From Terriglobia bacterium (lineage in GTDB: Bacteria > Acidobacteriota > Terriglobia > JAJPHL01 > JAPKYU01): a stretch of 64,000 bases of DNA. Each line of letters begins with the position of its first letter. Positions within the stretch are counted from its first letter, which is position 1. The stretch is taken from positions 320,001 to 384,000 of the forward strand of contig CBDBKE010000004.1 in assembly GCA_965206645.1 (NCBI GenBank). Reading direction: 5' to 3'. Below are positions 1-9,877 of the stretch, piece after piece. The notes beneath the pieces are model-generated. The model ran no database searches. It saw only the letters and a program-made list of their open reading frames with translations, and was not told the origin of the DNA. Made by a program: the position numbers and the translations under genes.

Positions 1-232
1 CGCCATGGTGTTGCCCGGCTCGGTTTCGGTGGCCGGAGTGCAGAGACTTTTTGACGAGGAAGGTCGGTGCCTGGATGCAGGAACTGAGAAGAGGATTCGG
101 GGCGTAGCGACCAGCCTACTGAACTATATCCGGCGACACATCTGCCCGCACTTGGCGCTGGAGGAAATGGCCCGAGGCGGCGAGACCGCCTGGATGAAGC
201 GTTTCGCCGGCTCAGCCGAACGGAGTAGTTGA
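1..232 (+). CDS. C-terminal part of a probable NADPH-dependent FMN reductase/flavoprotein (truncated by window edge)
   Basis: VLPGSVSVAGVQRLFDEEGRCLD resembles the C-terminus of FMN_red family proteins. Confidence 0.55.
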   Translation, partial: AMVLPGSVSVAGVQRLFDEEGRCLDAGTEKRIRGVATSLLNYIRRHICPHLALEEMARGGETAWMKRFAGSAERSS

Positions 233-293
233 AGGTTGGCTTCCAGGTTCGTAATCTTCTCTCTAGGATCGAGTGAAACAGGATCGAAACGCC

Positions 294-917
294 ATGGAGA
301 GAAAACCTGCTTGGGCCGGCGCCACTTTGATTCACAGTGCGGGCGCGCTGTGGAAGCCGGCGACGACGTCCCCGTTTCTGGACGCGCTGGCAGCCGGCAA
401 CCTGCCGGCGGAAGTCTTCCGGCGCTGGCTGGCGCAGGATTATTTGTTCGCGAGGGACCTGATGGCATTCCAGGCGATCTTGCTGGCCAAAGTTCCGCGA
501 GACTGCCACAAGCCGCTTCTGGCGGGCCTGGCCGCACTCGACAGCGAGCTGGACTGGTTCGAAGAGCACGCGGGGCGTCTCCGGCTGGATCTGAATATCG
601 CGGCGCATCCCACCTGTCGGCGCTACAGCGATTTCCTGCTGCGCTGCGCCTATGAGCAGCCGTACCCGGTGCTGCTGGCGATACTGTTCGGCGTCGAGGT
701 TTCTTACCTGGCCGCCTGGAGCGCGCTCGAGCCAGTGGGACCCTATGCCGAGTTCATCGAGCGCTGGTCGGGCCCGGCGTTTGCCGACTATGTGGCGGCG
801 CTGCGCAGCCTGGCCGAGCGATACCCGCACGAGGCAGCGCAGGAGTTTTTCAATCAGGTACTCCAGCATGATCGCGACTTCTGGCAGATGTCCTGGGGAA
901 ATTGCCAAGTGTCCTGA
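294..917 (+). CDS. tenA: TenA family protein, probably TenA_E type (no catalytic Cys)
   Basis: PFL..L..G.L....F..WL.QDYLF motif; GVEVSY where TenA_C has PC; start could be 273. Confidence 0.8.
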   Translation: MERKPAWAGATLIHSAGALWKPATTSPFLDALAAGNLPAEVFRRWLAQDYLFARDLMAFQAILLAKVPRDCHKPLLAGLAALDSELDWFEEHAGRLRLDLNIAAHPTCRRYSDFLLRCAYEQPYPVLLAILFGVEVSYLAAWSALEPVGPYAEFIERWSGPAFADYVAALRSLAERYPHEAAQEFFNQVLQHDRDFWQMSWGNCQVS

Positions 918-947
918 GGAAACTGCCAGGTGTCTTAAGAAAACTGA

Positions 948-1571
948 ATGCTGCACAGGATGCTGTGGAAGTCGAACCTAGACCTGGCCCGGGCCTGCCT
1001 GAGTCATCCATTTGTAAACGCACTCGGCGAAGGCAGCTTGGACGCAGCAGCGTTTCGGGGCTACATCGCACAAGACGCTTTTTTCTTGCGGGCTTTCGTG
1101 AAGGCCTATGCGCTGGCACTGGCGCGGAGCCAGGACCTGGCAACCGCGGCCGAGTTCCACGGCTTGATTGGCGGCGCGCTGAAAGAGCTGGAACTGCACC
1201 ACGATTATGCAGCCGAACTGGGGATTGATCTGGCCCGAGTCTCGCCGAATCGAGCCTGTCAGGCATACACCGACTTTTTGTTGCGCGCCGCCTGGCACGC
1301 TTCGCTGGGCGAAATTGCCGCAGCGGTGACTCCTTGCATGCGCCTCTACGCTTATCTGGGCAGCCACCTCGCCGGGAAAACTCATCCCCAGCACCCCTAT
1401 CGGCGCTGGATTGAATCCTACAGCGGAGCTGACTTTGAGCGCCTTGCGGTACGGGTCGAGGCTCTGTTAGATCAAGTGGGCGCCGACACGCGGCCGGTGC
1501 GGGACAGCTACCGGTATGCCATGCAGTGCGAACTGGACTTTTTCTCCGGGGCGCTGGAGACCACAAAATGA
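948..1571 (+). CDS. tenA: TenA (thiaminase II / aminopyrimidine aminohydrolase), TenA_C type
   Basis: HPFV..L..G.L...F..YIAQDAFFL, TPCMRLY catalytic Cys, PY..WI..YS. Confidence 0.9.
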   Translation: MLHRMLWKSNLDLARACLSHPFVNALGEGSLDAAAFRGYIAQDAFFLRAFVKAYALALARSQDLATAAEFHGLIGGALKELELHHDYAAELGIDLARVSPNRACQAYTDFLLRAAWHASLGEIAAAVTPCMRLYAYLGSHLAGKTHPQHPYRRWIESYSGADFERLAVRVEALLDQVGADTRPVRDSYRYAMQCELDFFSGALETTK

Positions 1572-2347
1572 AACCGGTCGCGCTGACCATTGCCGGCTCG
1601 GATCCCTCGGGCGGCGCCGGGATTCAGGCTGACCTGAAGACGTTTCACCAGTTCGATGTCTATGGCATGAGCGTCATTACGCTGCTGACCGTGCAGAATA
1701 CGCAGCGGGTGAGCGCAGTCGAGCCAGTGGCGGCACGGCTGGTTCACGAGCAGCTAGAAGCCGTGCTGGAGGACATTCCTCCCCAGGCGGCGAAAAGCGG
1801 TGCCCTGGGGACAGTCGAAAACATTGAGGTCGTGGCCGACTGCGCGCGCCGGGCCGCATTTCCGCTGGTGGTGGACCCGGTGATGATCAGCAAGCATGGA
1901 GCCGCGCTGATCGCCGACGACGCCCGGCAGGCGCTGGTGCGTCTGCTGCTGCCAGAAGCCTTCCTGTTGACGCCCAATCTTCACGAAGCCGCAGCGCTGA
2001 TTGGGAGCGACGTGGAGAACGTGGAGGCGATGGAGGAGGCCGCCCGGCGCATCGCCCAAATGGGTCCGAAGGCGGTGTTGGTCAAAGGCGGTCACCTGAC
2101 CGACGACGCCGTGGACTTGCTCTACTACCGGGGGCGGATTCAGAAATTCATCGCCCGGCGGGTGTCTTCGGCAAACACGCACGGCACCGGCTGCACTTAC
2201 TCGGCAGCCATCACCGCGGAGTTGTCCCAGGGGCGGGAACTGGAGGCATCGGTTGAAACCGCCAAGCGCTTCATCACCAGCGCCATTGCTGGCAACCCTG
2301 GGCTGGGTAAAGGCTGCGGCCCGGTCAACCACCACGCCGCGCGGTAG
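1568..2347 (+). CDS. thiD: Hydroxymethylpyrimidine/phosphomethylpyrimidine kinase
   Basis: ALTIAGSDPSGGAGIQADLKTF, VDPVMISKHG, NTHGTGCTYSAAI, G.G.GPVNH; ATGA overlap with tenA. Confidence 0.96.
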   Translation: MKPVALTIAGSDPSGGAGIQADLKTFHQFDVYGMSVITLLTVQNTQRVSAVEPVAARLVHEQLEAVLEDIPPQAAKSGALGTVENIEVVADCARRAAFPLVVDPVMISKHGAALIADDARQALVRLLLPEAFLLTPNLHEAAALIGSDVENVEAMEEAARRIAQMGPKAVLVKGGHLTDDAVDLLYYRGRIQKFIARRVSSANTHGTGCTYSAAITAELSQGRELEASVETAKRFITSAIAGNPGLGKGCGPVNHHAAR

Positions 2348-2766
2348 GGCGAGCACTCACCTCCGCGTCGGTCTTCTTCGCGCGACCCGGCGAGATATCC
2401 TTCCAACTGACCCCGCCATCCACCGTGGATAGCAGTCCCCTTTGCCCCGACATCCAACCGTGCATGCTGTCCGCAAAGCTGAGCGAGACTGGCCTGGGCG
2501 AGAACACGATGCTCGAACTGGCTTCGCCCGCAAGTGGGACGCGTGTTGCCGTAACGCTGGTCAGGCTGGCGCCTGTGGTCAGAATAAGCGCGGAGTCGGC
2601 AAACGCAACCGAAATCCTCATACCGGTGGGCACCCTCCTCGACGCGGCTAAGACCTGGACCGGCCTCCACGTCCTGCCACCATCTTCGGTTGCAAGCAGG
2701 ATGCCCGACCTGAAATTTATGCTACTGAGCAGACCCAGGATCATCCACCCGTGCCGAGCGTCTAGA

Positions 2767-4424
2767 CCCGGATTTCCGTTTTAAAACTCCAAAGCTAACC
2801 TTATACTGACCTCCGACGCCAATATTTATGCCGGTTCCAGCGTCAATACAGCTTCCGGAGGTAGAAACCGAGTGGGTGAGAGGCAAAATCAGCCCTTTCA
2901 GTTCTCTTTCAATGCTGCATTGAAGGTCGATTTCCAGGGGTCGCGGGTTACTTCCGACGGCGGCCTGATCCTCGTGCGCAAATCAGACGAACATTTGGGA
3001 TTCGGAGAACTCATCAAACAGCACTTGGCCGATCCTCGGAGAAAGAACACACGGTTGCCCTTTGCTGACCTCCTGCGCCAGTCCGTGTACAGCCGCTTGG
3101 CGGGTTACGAAGATATGAATGACGCGGAACGGCTCTCTCAAGATCCGACGTTCCGGCTGATCGGTTCAGAAAAGATCTGGGAGCGAGGAGCCGCGTTGAC
3201 TTCCCGGCTGCAATCGTTCGAGACAGAACTACTGACGCAAGATGAGAACCTGGCTGGTTTGGCAGCGATCAACCGGGATTTAATCGCCAGGGCGGAAGCT
3301 ATGGATTCCCCGCAACGGGTGGTGCTGGACATGGACTCGACCGAGATTCCGGTCTACGGCCAGCAGGAGCAGAGTGCCTACAACGGGCATTTCGAGTCGA
3401 GCTGCTATCACCCGTTGTTGCTGTTCAATCGCGAGGGTGACTGTCTGGCGGCCAAGCTGCGACCGGGCAACGTGCACAGCGCCGAGGACTGGAAAGAACT
3501 TCTCCTGCCGGAGATCGAGCGGCAGCAGCAGCTGGGCAAGGAAGTGGTGTTTCGTGCCGACGCGGCCTTTGCCAAGCCGGAGATTTACGAGGCTCTGGAG
3601 GAGCGGGAGGTAAAGTACGCCATCCGCATCCCGGCTAACGACAGCCTACAGCGGGACATTGAGGAGTTGCTGACTCGGCCGGTGGGGAGACCCAGCAAGA
3701 AGCCGTTGGTGGAGTTCAAGGGCTTTCTATACCAAGCGGCCAGTTGGAAGACAGCCCGCAGGGTGGTGGCCAAGGTGGAGCATCATCCAGGGGAGCTGTT
3801 CCCGCGAGTAGGGTTTATCGTTACGAACTTGACTCTGCCAAGTCGGGCGGTGATGCGGTTTTACAACAAGCGGGGGACAGCGGAGCAGTGGATCAAAGAA
3901 GGAAAGCAAGCAGTGAAGATGACGCGGCTCAGTTGTCACCGGTTCCGGTCGAACGAGGTCCGGCTGTGGCTCACCATCATTGCCTATAATCTCGGCAACC
4001 TGTGGCGGCGACTGGTGCTGCCACAGAGAATCGGGAACTGGTCCCTGACGAGCTTGCAACAGCGGTTGGTGAAAACGGGAGGACGGCTGGTGAAACATGC
4101 GCGATATTACTGGCTTTTGCTGGCCGAAGGGCACTTGAGCCGGAGGCTGTTCAGCAGCATGCTGCGAACGATCTCGGCACTGCCGCTGCCAGACGGCTAG
4201 CGAACCGGGAGAGAGGGTAATTTTAGGTGCTCAGAAGTGGTCGGGCCGGATAAGTGTCAGCGGCGCGGCAGGCTGGGCAGGCGAACCCCGCACAGCGACT
4301 CCGAAGAACAGCCAAAATGTGCCGCACTACCACCTCAAAGAGGCCAGAGCTGTTTGCGGTTGACATGACAGGGTACGAGGCATAGCTTTTCGGGTGAAGA
4401 GGAAGCTCGAAATGGAAATTCCGG
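2767..4424 (+). mobile_element. IS1380-family insertion sequence, copy 1 (1658 bp)
   Basis: Imperfect terminal IRs CCCGGATTTCCGTTT / AAATGGAAATTCCGG; 5-bp TSD CTAGA at 2762-2766 and 4425-4429. Confidence 0.93.
2872..4200 (+). CDS. IS1380-family DDE transposase
   Basis: TSDGGL, LDMDST, G.QE.SAYNGH, LRPGNVHS, RADAAF, Y..RG..EQWIKEGK motifs. Confidence 0.95.
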   Translation: MGERQNQPFQFSFNAALKVDFQGSRVTSDGGLILVRKSDEHLGFGELIKQHLADPRRKNTRLPFADLLRQSVYSRLAGYEDMNDAERLSQDPTFRLIGSEKIWERGAALTSRLQSFETELLTQDENLAGLAAINRDLIARAEAMDSPQRVVLDMDSTEIPVYGQQEQSAYNGHFESSCYHPLLLFNREGDCLAAKLRPGNVHSAEDWKELLLPEIERQQQLGKEVVFRADAAFAKPEIYEALEEREVKYAIRIPANDSLQRDIEELLTRPVGRPSKKPLVEFKGFLYQAASWKTARRVVAKVEHHPGELFPRVGFIVTNLTLPSRAVMRFYNKRGTAEQWIKEGKQAVKMTRLSCHRFRSNEVRLWLTIIAYNLGNLWRRLVLPQRIGNWSLTSLQQRLVKTGGRLVKHARYYWLLLAEGHLSRRLFSSMLRTISALPLPDG

Positions 4425-4971
4425 CTAGAATAATGAAGCCGACCTCCGCCAGCAAGAGCTTGGCTTCTGGCATACGGGTCCGGGAGCGTGACCGTGTTCA
4501 CGGACCAGTTGGTCCCGGCGGTGCTTGTGGATGCGAGATCGAAGTGTGAATGGGTTCCGTCCTCGCCCTGATAGGAGATCAGAGCCCAGCCATTGAGCGT
4601 GTCCAGGAAGAAGACTGAAACGACGCGCGCCCGCGGGCCCAGGGGCGGCGTAATGTCTTTCCAACTGGCGCCTGCATCGGTTGTCCAGCGAATTCCCTTC
4701 CCACCAGCTAGCCAGCCCACCTCGGGCGTGAGCAGTTTCATCGCCGCGCGGGCCGGCGAGGCGGCGGAGAAGAATAACGCTGAAAATAGCACCATGCTAA
4801 TGGTCACCCTCATCTTTGGCAGCACGGAAAACCTCCTTCGAAGCGACATTCCGGGTGAATCAGACTGAACTGACGATGGCTTCCGTGTACCGTCGCTATC
4901 AGCTGTAGTGTCCTGAGTTGCAAGGGAGAGAGAACCAGGCATCGGCCCACAGGTGGAGTTTCGGGCAGTGG

Positions 4972-6102
4972 TCAGCCGCTGAAGTACTCTTTCATCTTCT
5001 CGAGGAAGCCTTTGTCTGAGGGCGAGTTGTCGGCCGGAGAGATCTCGGCCAGTTGCTGAAGCAGTTGGCGCTGCTCGCTAGTGAGGCGGGTGGGCGTCTG
5101 CACCTTCACCTGAATGTAAAGATCGCCGCGCCCTCTCCCATCCAGGTCGGGAAAGCCACGGCTACGAATGCGGAAGACGGCATCGGCCTGCGTGCCTTCT
5201 GGAATTTTCAGTGTTTGCTTACCCTCCAAGGTAGGGATCTGGATCTCAGCGCCCAGCGCCGCCTGCCAGAACGAAAGCGGGACCGTGCAGCTCAGATCGC
5301 GATCGTGGCGCTCGAAAAACGGATGTTCCCCGACGATAAGCACCACGTAGAGGTCGCCCGGTGGGCTACCCTGCGTGCCTGCTTCCCCTTCGCCGGGCAC
5401 GCGTAACCGCGTCCCGGTATCCACCCCGGGAGGAATGCGCACCTGCAGGGTCTTCTCGCGGCGAAGCCGTCCTTGGCCGCGGCACTCGGGACAGGGGTGG
5501 CGAATGACCTGGCCTGTGCCGTGACAGGTTGAGCAGGGCCGGCTGATGGAGAAAAAGCCCTGTGTATAGCGGACCTGGCCGCGGCCGCCGCACTGGGAAC
5601 AGATGGTCGGCGAGGTGCCCTTCTTGGCCCCTGAGCCCAAGCAGGCCCCGCAGGTCTCTCGACGAGGCACCTTGATCTGCGCTTCCAGACCGAAGGCGGC
5701 TTCGTCAAAGCTGATCTCGAGGTCGAAGCGCAAGTCGGCGCCGCGGTTGGAGCGGGCGCCACGCCCGCGGCCGCCCATCCCGAACAGGTCGCCGAAGCCG
5801 AAGAAGTCCCCTGAAACGTCCTCGAATTCGGTGAAGATGGAAGGATCGAACCCGCCGGCCCCGACGCCGGCGACCCCGGCCGGCCCGAACTGGTCGTAAC
5901 GGGCGCGCTTCTGTGGGTCGCTCAGGATGCTGTAAGCCTGGGAGGCCTCTTTGAATTTTTCCTCGGCTTGCTCGCGGTGGTCCGGGTTTCGGTCGGGGTG
6001 GTGCTCCAGCGCTTTCTTGCGGTAGGCGCTCTTGATTTCCTGCTCGCTGGCATTTCGAGCCACGCCGAGCACTTCGTAATAATCTTGTGTGTTGCCGTTC
6101 AC
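4972..6102 (-). CDS. dnaJ: Chaperone DnaJ
   Basis: DYYEVLGV, HPD, G/F region, four CxxCxGxG repeats; GTG start overlaps the grpE stop (GTGA). Confidence 0.97.
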   Translation of the reverse strand: MNGNTQDYYEVLGVARNASEQEIKSAYRKKALEHHPDRNPDHREQAEEKFKEASQAYSILSDPQKRARYDQFGPAGVAGVGAGGFDPSIFTEFEDVSGDFFGFGDLFGMGGRGRGARSNRGADLRFDLEISFDEAAFGLEAQIKVPRRETCGACLGSGAKKGTSPTICSQCGGRGQVRYTQGFFSISRPCSTCHGTGQVIRHPCPECRGQGRLRREKTLQVRIPPGVDTGTRLRVPGEGEAGTQGSPPGDLYVVLIVGEHPFFERHDRDLSCTVPLSFWQAALGAEIQIPTLEGKQTLKIPEGTQADAVFRIRSRGFPDLDGRGRGDLYIQVKVQTPTRLTSEQRQLLQQLAEISPADNSPSDKGFLEKMKEYFSG

Positions 6103-6674
6103 TGAACTTTGCGCACTGCGACCTTTACCAGCGCCGGGCGGAGCAGCCGCTTCCGAAACAGGTAGCCGCGCTGCCATTCTGTCAGGATAGCCTGGTCGTC
6201 GTGGTCCTCGGTTTCCACGCGCTCCACAGCTTCGTGGAGGTGCGGATCAAATGTCTGCCCGAGGGCCTGGATCGGTTCCAGCCCAAAACGAGCCAATGTG
6301 TCCCACAACTGGCGGGCAATGAGTTGAATGCCGGAGCGAAACTCGTCGTCGCCGCCCTGCGAGGCTAGAGCACGTTCCAAGGCGTCCATTACCGGTAGCA
6401 TTTCTCTTACCACTTCCATGGAGACGCGATGCAGATCCTCTTTCCGCTCCTTCTCCAGCCGTTTGCGGTAGTTGTCAAAATCGGCACGGGCACGCAGGAA
6501 GCTGTCGAACACGGAGGCTTTTTCCTCGGCCAGGCGGTCCCGCTCGGCAGTCAACGCCTGAAGAGGATCCAGGGCTTCCGCCGCTGCCGGTTCTGCGCTG
6601 GCAGCCCCTTGAGAGTTCTCTTCCTCTATTGCTTTTGTCTCCTCGTTCGCTTCCGACTTGGCCATCTCGTCCAT
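6099..6674 (-). CDS. grpE: Nucleotide exchange factor GrpE
   Basis: R..ADFDNYRKR, LPVMD.LERAL, FDPHLHEAV, GY....RLLRPA.VKV. Confidence 0.96.
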   Translation of the reverse strand: MDEMAKSEANEETKAIEEENSQGAASAEPAAAEALDPLQALTAERDRLAEEKASVFDSFLRARADFDNYRKRLEKERKEDLHRVSMEVVREMLPVMDALERALASQGGDDEFRSGIQLIARQLWDTLARFGLEPIQALGQTFDPHLHEAVERVETEDHDDQAILTEWQRGYLFRKRLLRPALVKVAVRKVQ

Positions 6675-6684
6675 GACTTTCTCG

Positions 6685-7743
6685 CTAATGTTGGCCGATT
6701 GCCTCTCCGACCTGCCGGGCCACCTCCGACACGGCGCTGATAACTCGCTCGTAGGGCATGCGCGGCGGCCCCAGCACCGCCACCCGGCCCGCCAGTCCTC
6801 CAGCCGTGATGCACGGCGCACCGACCAACGCAAAATCCTGCATCGGGGGATCGGTGTCCAGCCCGATGACGACCTGGGCCTGTTTCCACTCTGGGGACTC
6901 CGCTTCCTGAATGTAGCGGGTAATGAGTTGGACCAGGCGCTCCTTCTCCTCCAACGCCCGTAATAGGTCGCGCAGGACTTGAGGATTGTCCAGTTCAGGA
7001 CGGCCCATCAAGTGGGAGGTCCCTTCCAGGTAGACACCGGCGCTGGCATCGCTTTCTAGAATGCCTAGTCGCCAGAGCTTGGCCAGCCGCCGCAGCAACT
7101 CGTCGTACCTGGCGCGTTCTTCCTGCATTAGGCGAGTGATTTCGCTGCGCGCGGCTTCCAGGCGCCAGCCGGCAAAATTGCAGTTCAGGTAGTTGGCCAC
7201 GCGGTCCAGTTCGTCCTGATGAAATTCTTCTTCCACTCGGACCACCCGGCTGCGCGCCGGCGCACCGCGCGGCGCCAGCAGTACCAGCACGCGCCTTTCC
7301 GCGAGCTGCACGAACTCGATGTGTTCGAGTAACGTATCGGCGGCTGTGGCCGATACCACAATGCCGATATTGTGGGTCACCCTCGAAAGCACGTGCGAGG
7401 CCCGCTCCAGGATCGCCTGGGGGCCTTCTGTGGTGCCTTGGATCTCGCGCCGAATTCGTTCTTCTTCCTTGCGGGGCAGGTGCCGGACGGGGCGGGCAAG
7501 ATGCTCCACATAGAATTGGTAGGCTTTGCCGGTAGGGATGCGGCCCGCCGAGGTATGCGGTTGGCGCAGGTATCCGTCGGCTTCCAGGTCGGCCATGGTA
7601 TTGCGGATGGTAGCTGGGCTAAGCCGGTCGCGGCGCCGGTGTGAGATCGTGAGCGAGCCGACAGGCTGTCCAGTGGCGATATAGGTGCGGATGATGACCG
7701 CCAAAACTTCCCGGTTTCGCCCTTCCAGCCCGGAGGTCCGCAT
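6685..7743 (-). CDS. hrcA: Heat-inducible transcription repressor HrcA
   Basis: YI.TGQPVGS, SPATIRN.MADLE..GYL.QPHTSAGRIPT, VLGP.RM.Y. Confidence 0.97.
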   Translation of the reverse strand: MRTSGLEGRNREVLAVIIRTYIATGQPVGSLTISHRRRDRLSPATIRNTMADLEADGYLRQPHTSAGRIPTGKAYQFYVEHLARPVRHLPRKEEERIRREIQGTTEGPQAILERASHVLSRVTHNIGIVVSATAADTLLEHIEFVQLAERRVLVLLAPRGAPARSRVVRVEEEFHQDELDRVANYLNCNFAGWRLEAARSEITRLMQEERARYDELLRRLAKLWRLGILESDASAGVYLEGTSHLMGRPELDNPQVLRDLLRALEEKERLVQLITRYIQEAESPEWKQAQVVIGLDTDPPMQDFALVGAPCITAGGLAGRVAVLGPPRMPYERVISAVSEVARQVGEAIGQH

Positions 7744-7775
7744 TTTCAATAAGTTGGAGTCAAAGTAAGCAACCT

Positions 7776-7805
7776 ATTTTACGATTTTCAGCCGGCGGCT
7801 GTCAA
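7776..7805 (-). promoter_or_regulatory. Sigma70-type promoter of hrcA-grpE-dnaJ
   Basis: TTGACA (7805-7800), 18-nt spacer, TAAAAT (7781-7776) on the minus strand. Confidence 0.75.
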
Positions 7806-7807
7806 GT

Positions 7808-7834
7808 TTAGCACTATTGGTATGAGAGTGCTAA
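7808..7834. promoter_or_regulatory. CIRCE operator (HrcA binding site)
   Basis: TTAGCACTA-N9-GAGTGCTAA, one mismatch to consensus, next to the -35 box. Confidence 0.95.
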
Positions 7835-7881
7835 GCAGCCGTCTGCGTCCTGCTTTTTGAATCTTGGTCGGCAGCACCCAG

Positions 7882-9795
7882 CTACTTCGTCTCCTGCTTC
7901 TTCTCTTGCGGGCACGGCTTGATGGACATGCCTGGCGGCAGCTTGGTTTCTGCATCCCCACATGCCGAATCAAGCTACTCCTGCGTGAGACCTCCGGCAT
8001 ATCTCAGGTCGGCTCCCTGGAGCTTGGCGAGCTCGAGGAAGGCCCTCTGGAGGTTGGCGCCGCGGAGGGCGGCCTCCCGGAGGTTGGCGCCGAAGAGATC
8101 GGCCCCCTGGAGGTTGGCGTCGTAGAGGCTAGCCATCCGAAGGTCGGCTTCATCGAGGTCGGCTTTGACCAGGTGCGCCGCCACTTTGCGCGGTTGAAAG
8201 AGGGCCGCCCGTTCCTTGTCCAGTTCAAGGAATGGACCATCATCTTTCTCGCCTGGTGGACCGTCCCAGCGACCCTGTTTGCCTTCTGGCTCAGATACCT
8301 TCGCCGTCACGAATGGGGCGGCACGGGGTTGCACGTTTTTATTCTGGTGGCCGCGGTTGCTCTCGGGATCATTTTCTATCGTTCCGCGGCGCGAACACTG
8401 CGAGGGGCCGACCCTCCGCTGTTTGGGTGGAAGACATTTTGGCGGAACCGCAGAATCTTTCAAGTAGCCGGTACATCTCTTCTTGGCGTCTTGCTTTCGG
8501 TGCTCTCCTTCGGCGCAATCGAGGGGTTTCGGGGACGCAATCCGGATCGGGCCGATATTGCCAGCGCGGAGCAGTTCGTTAAGAAATGGGTGCCGCAGGC
8601 CTTTGGAAAAGTTGGCTACAGCCCGTTCGCCGACCTGGTAGAAGCAAAGGTTTCGATCAAGCCTGAGAACTGGACGGGAATCGGCGATGAGGAGCAGCTC
8701 AACGCCCAAATCGCTCAAGTCAAGGGGGCGCGCCTGGAGGGCATGGACCTCCGTTACGCTTCCGCAGATGGCGCGTTCCTGACCATTCAGGAGCCAGGGG
8801 TAAGCGCGCTCATCCAACCGCTTGCCGTCGGGAAACTTCGCCGGGAGGCCCGCCAACCCTTCCCACAGCATGCCCAGGTAAAAATGGAGATAGACGTAAA
8901 ACCCCAGCAGGGCAAACGGTGCGGCCCAATAGAACCAAGCGATGGGGATTTCCGTCCGTATGATCGGAAGCGGGGAGGAAGCCGAATTCGTGAGGAGCCG
9001 CGCGTCGGTTGTGGTGGCGATCGTCAGCAACGAGTAGGCACAGCCCGACAACATCGCCAGGAAAATCTTGCGTGCGTTCTTGGAGGTTTCGGCGACGGTC
9101 TCCAGTATTTTGAAATCGCGAATGTCTTCCGGCAGTTTTGCTCCGGTTACATCCGCGCGCGCAAACTCCGTCCCCAGGAGTCCGTTAGCACCGTCGAAGT
9201 TCGCATTCTGTAATCTAGCCTCAGCCAACCCTTCAACACCTTCTAGCCCCGCTCCTTGGAGTTTCGCTTTAGTTAGGTCGGCCCCGCAAACGTCGGCCGC
9301 CATGAGGTGAGCCCTCTGGAGGTTGGCTTCGTAGAGGTCGGCCCCCTGGAGGTTGGCTTCGGTGAGGCTGGTGCCCTGGAGCTTAGCTTCTTTGAGGTCG
9401 GCCCCCTGGAGGTTGGCGCGAAAGAACTCGGCCCCTTGGAGGTTTGCGGCGTAGAGGCGCGCCCGCTGAAGGTTGGTCCCGAGGAGGTCGGCCTCCTGGA
9501 GGTTGGCGCCTTCGAAGTCGGCCCTCTGGAGGTTGGCTCCTTTAAGGTCAGCCCCCTGGAGGTTGGCGCCGCTGAGGTTGGCCTCCCGTAAGTTGGCGAG
9601 GACTAGGCAGGCGTTTTCGAGGTTGGCCTTCTGGAGGTTGGCACGGCTGAGGTCGGCGTGCTTACCTTGCTTTCCCTGCGATTCTACCCACTTCCGATGC
9701 GCTTCAAGAATCTCTGCCAATTCCTCTTTGCTGATCTCTCGAAACTCAGGCTTTTCAGAGGTGGGTGCTTCGGGCCCCTTTGTTTCCTCGTTCAT
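7882..9795 (-). pseudogene. Pentapeptide-repeat membrane protein with an internal 612-bp inversion (8170-8781) and a premature TAG (7975-7977)
   Basis: A[DN]LxG repeats at both ends and TM segments; the native-looking middle is on the + strand; past the TAG the frame continues LDSACGDAETKLPPG to a stop at 7882. Confidence 0.8.
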
Positions 9796-9877
9796 CTTGC
9801 CTGCCCCTTGACCACGCCGGGGATAAAGATCCACGGCCTGCGACATCTTAGCAGCATGCAGAAAGAACCTGCCAGCG

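Larger units (their letters stand above)
2325..4825 (-). pseudogene. Secreted Ycf48/BNR-repeat beta-propeller protein interrupted by IS1380
   Basis: AAGGAGG RBS, GTG at 4825 and a signal peptide; T.D.G..W and F.D...GW repeats on both sides of the IS (4425-4825 and 2325-2766). Confidence 0.8.

Noticed and set aside
232-294. TPP riboswitch before tenA
   Set aside because: The gap is too short and lacks the CTGAGA core
7864-9213. 449-aa + strand ORF as an independent overlapping gene
   Set aside because: Its flanks are antisense pentapeptide repeats; only 8170-8781 is protein-like, and the inversion explains it
9250-9660. 15-bp periodic repeats as a CRISPR array or DGR repeat
   Set aside because: They are pentapeptide-coding repeats; no spacers, cas genes or reverse transcriptase
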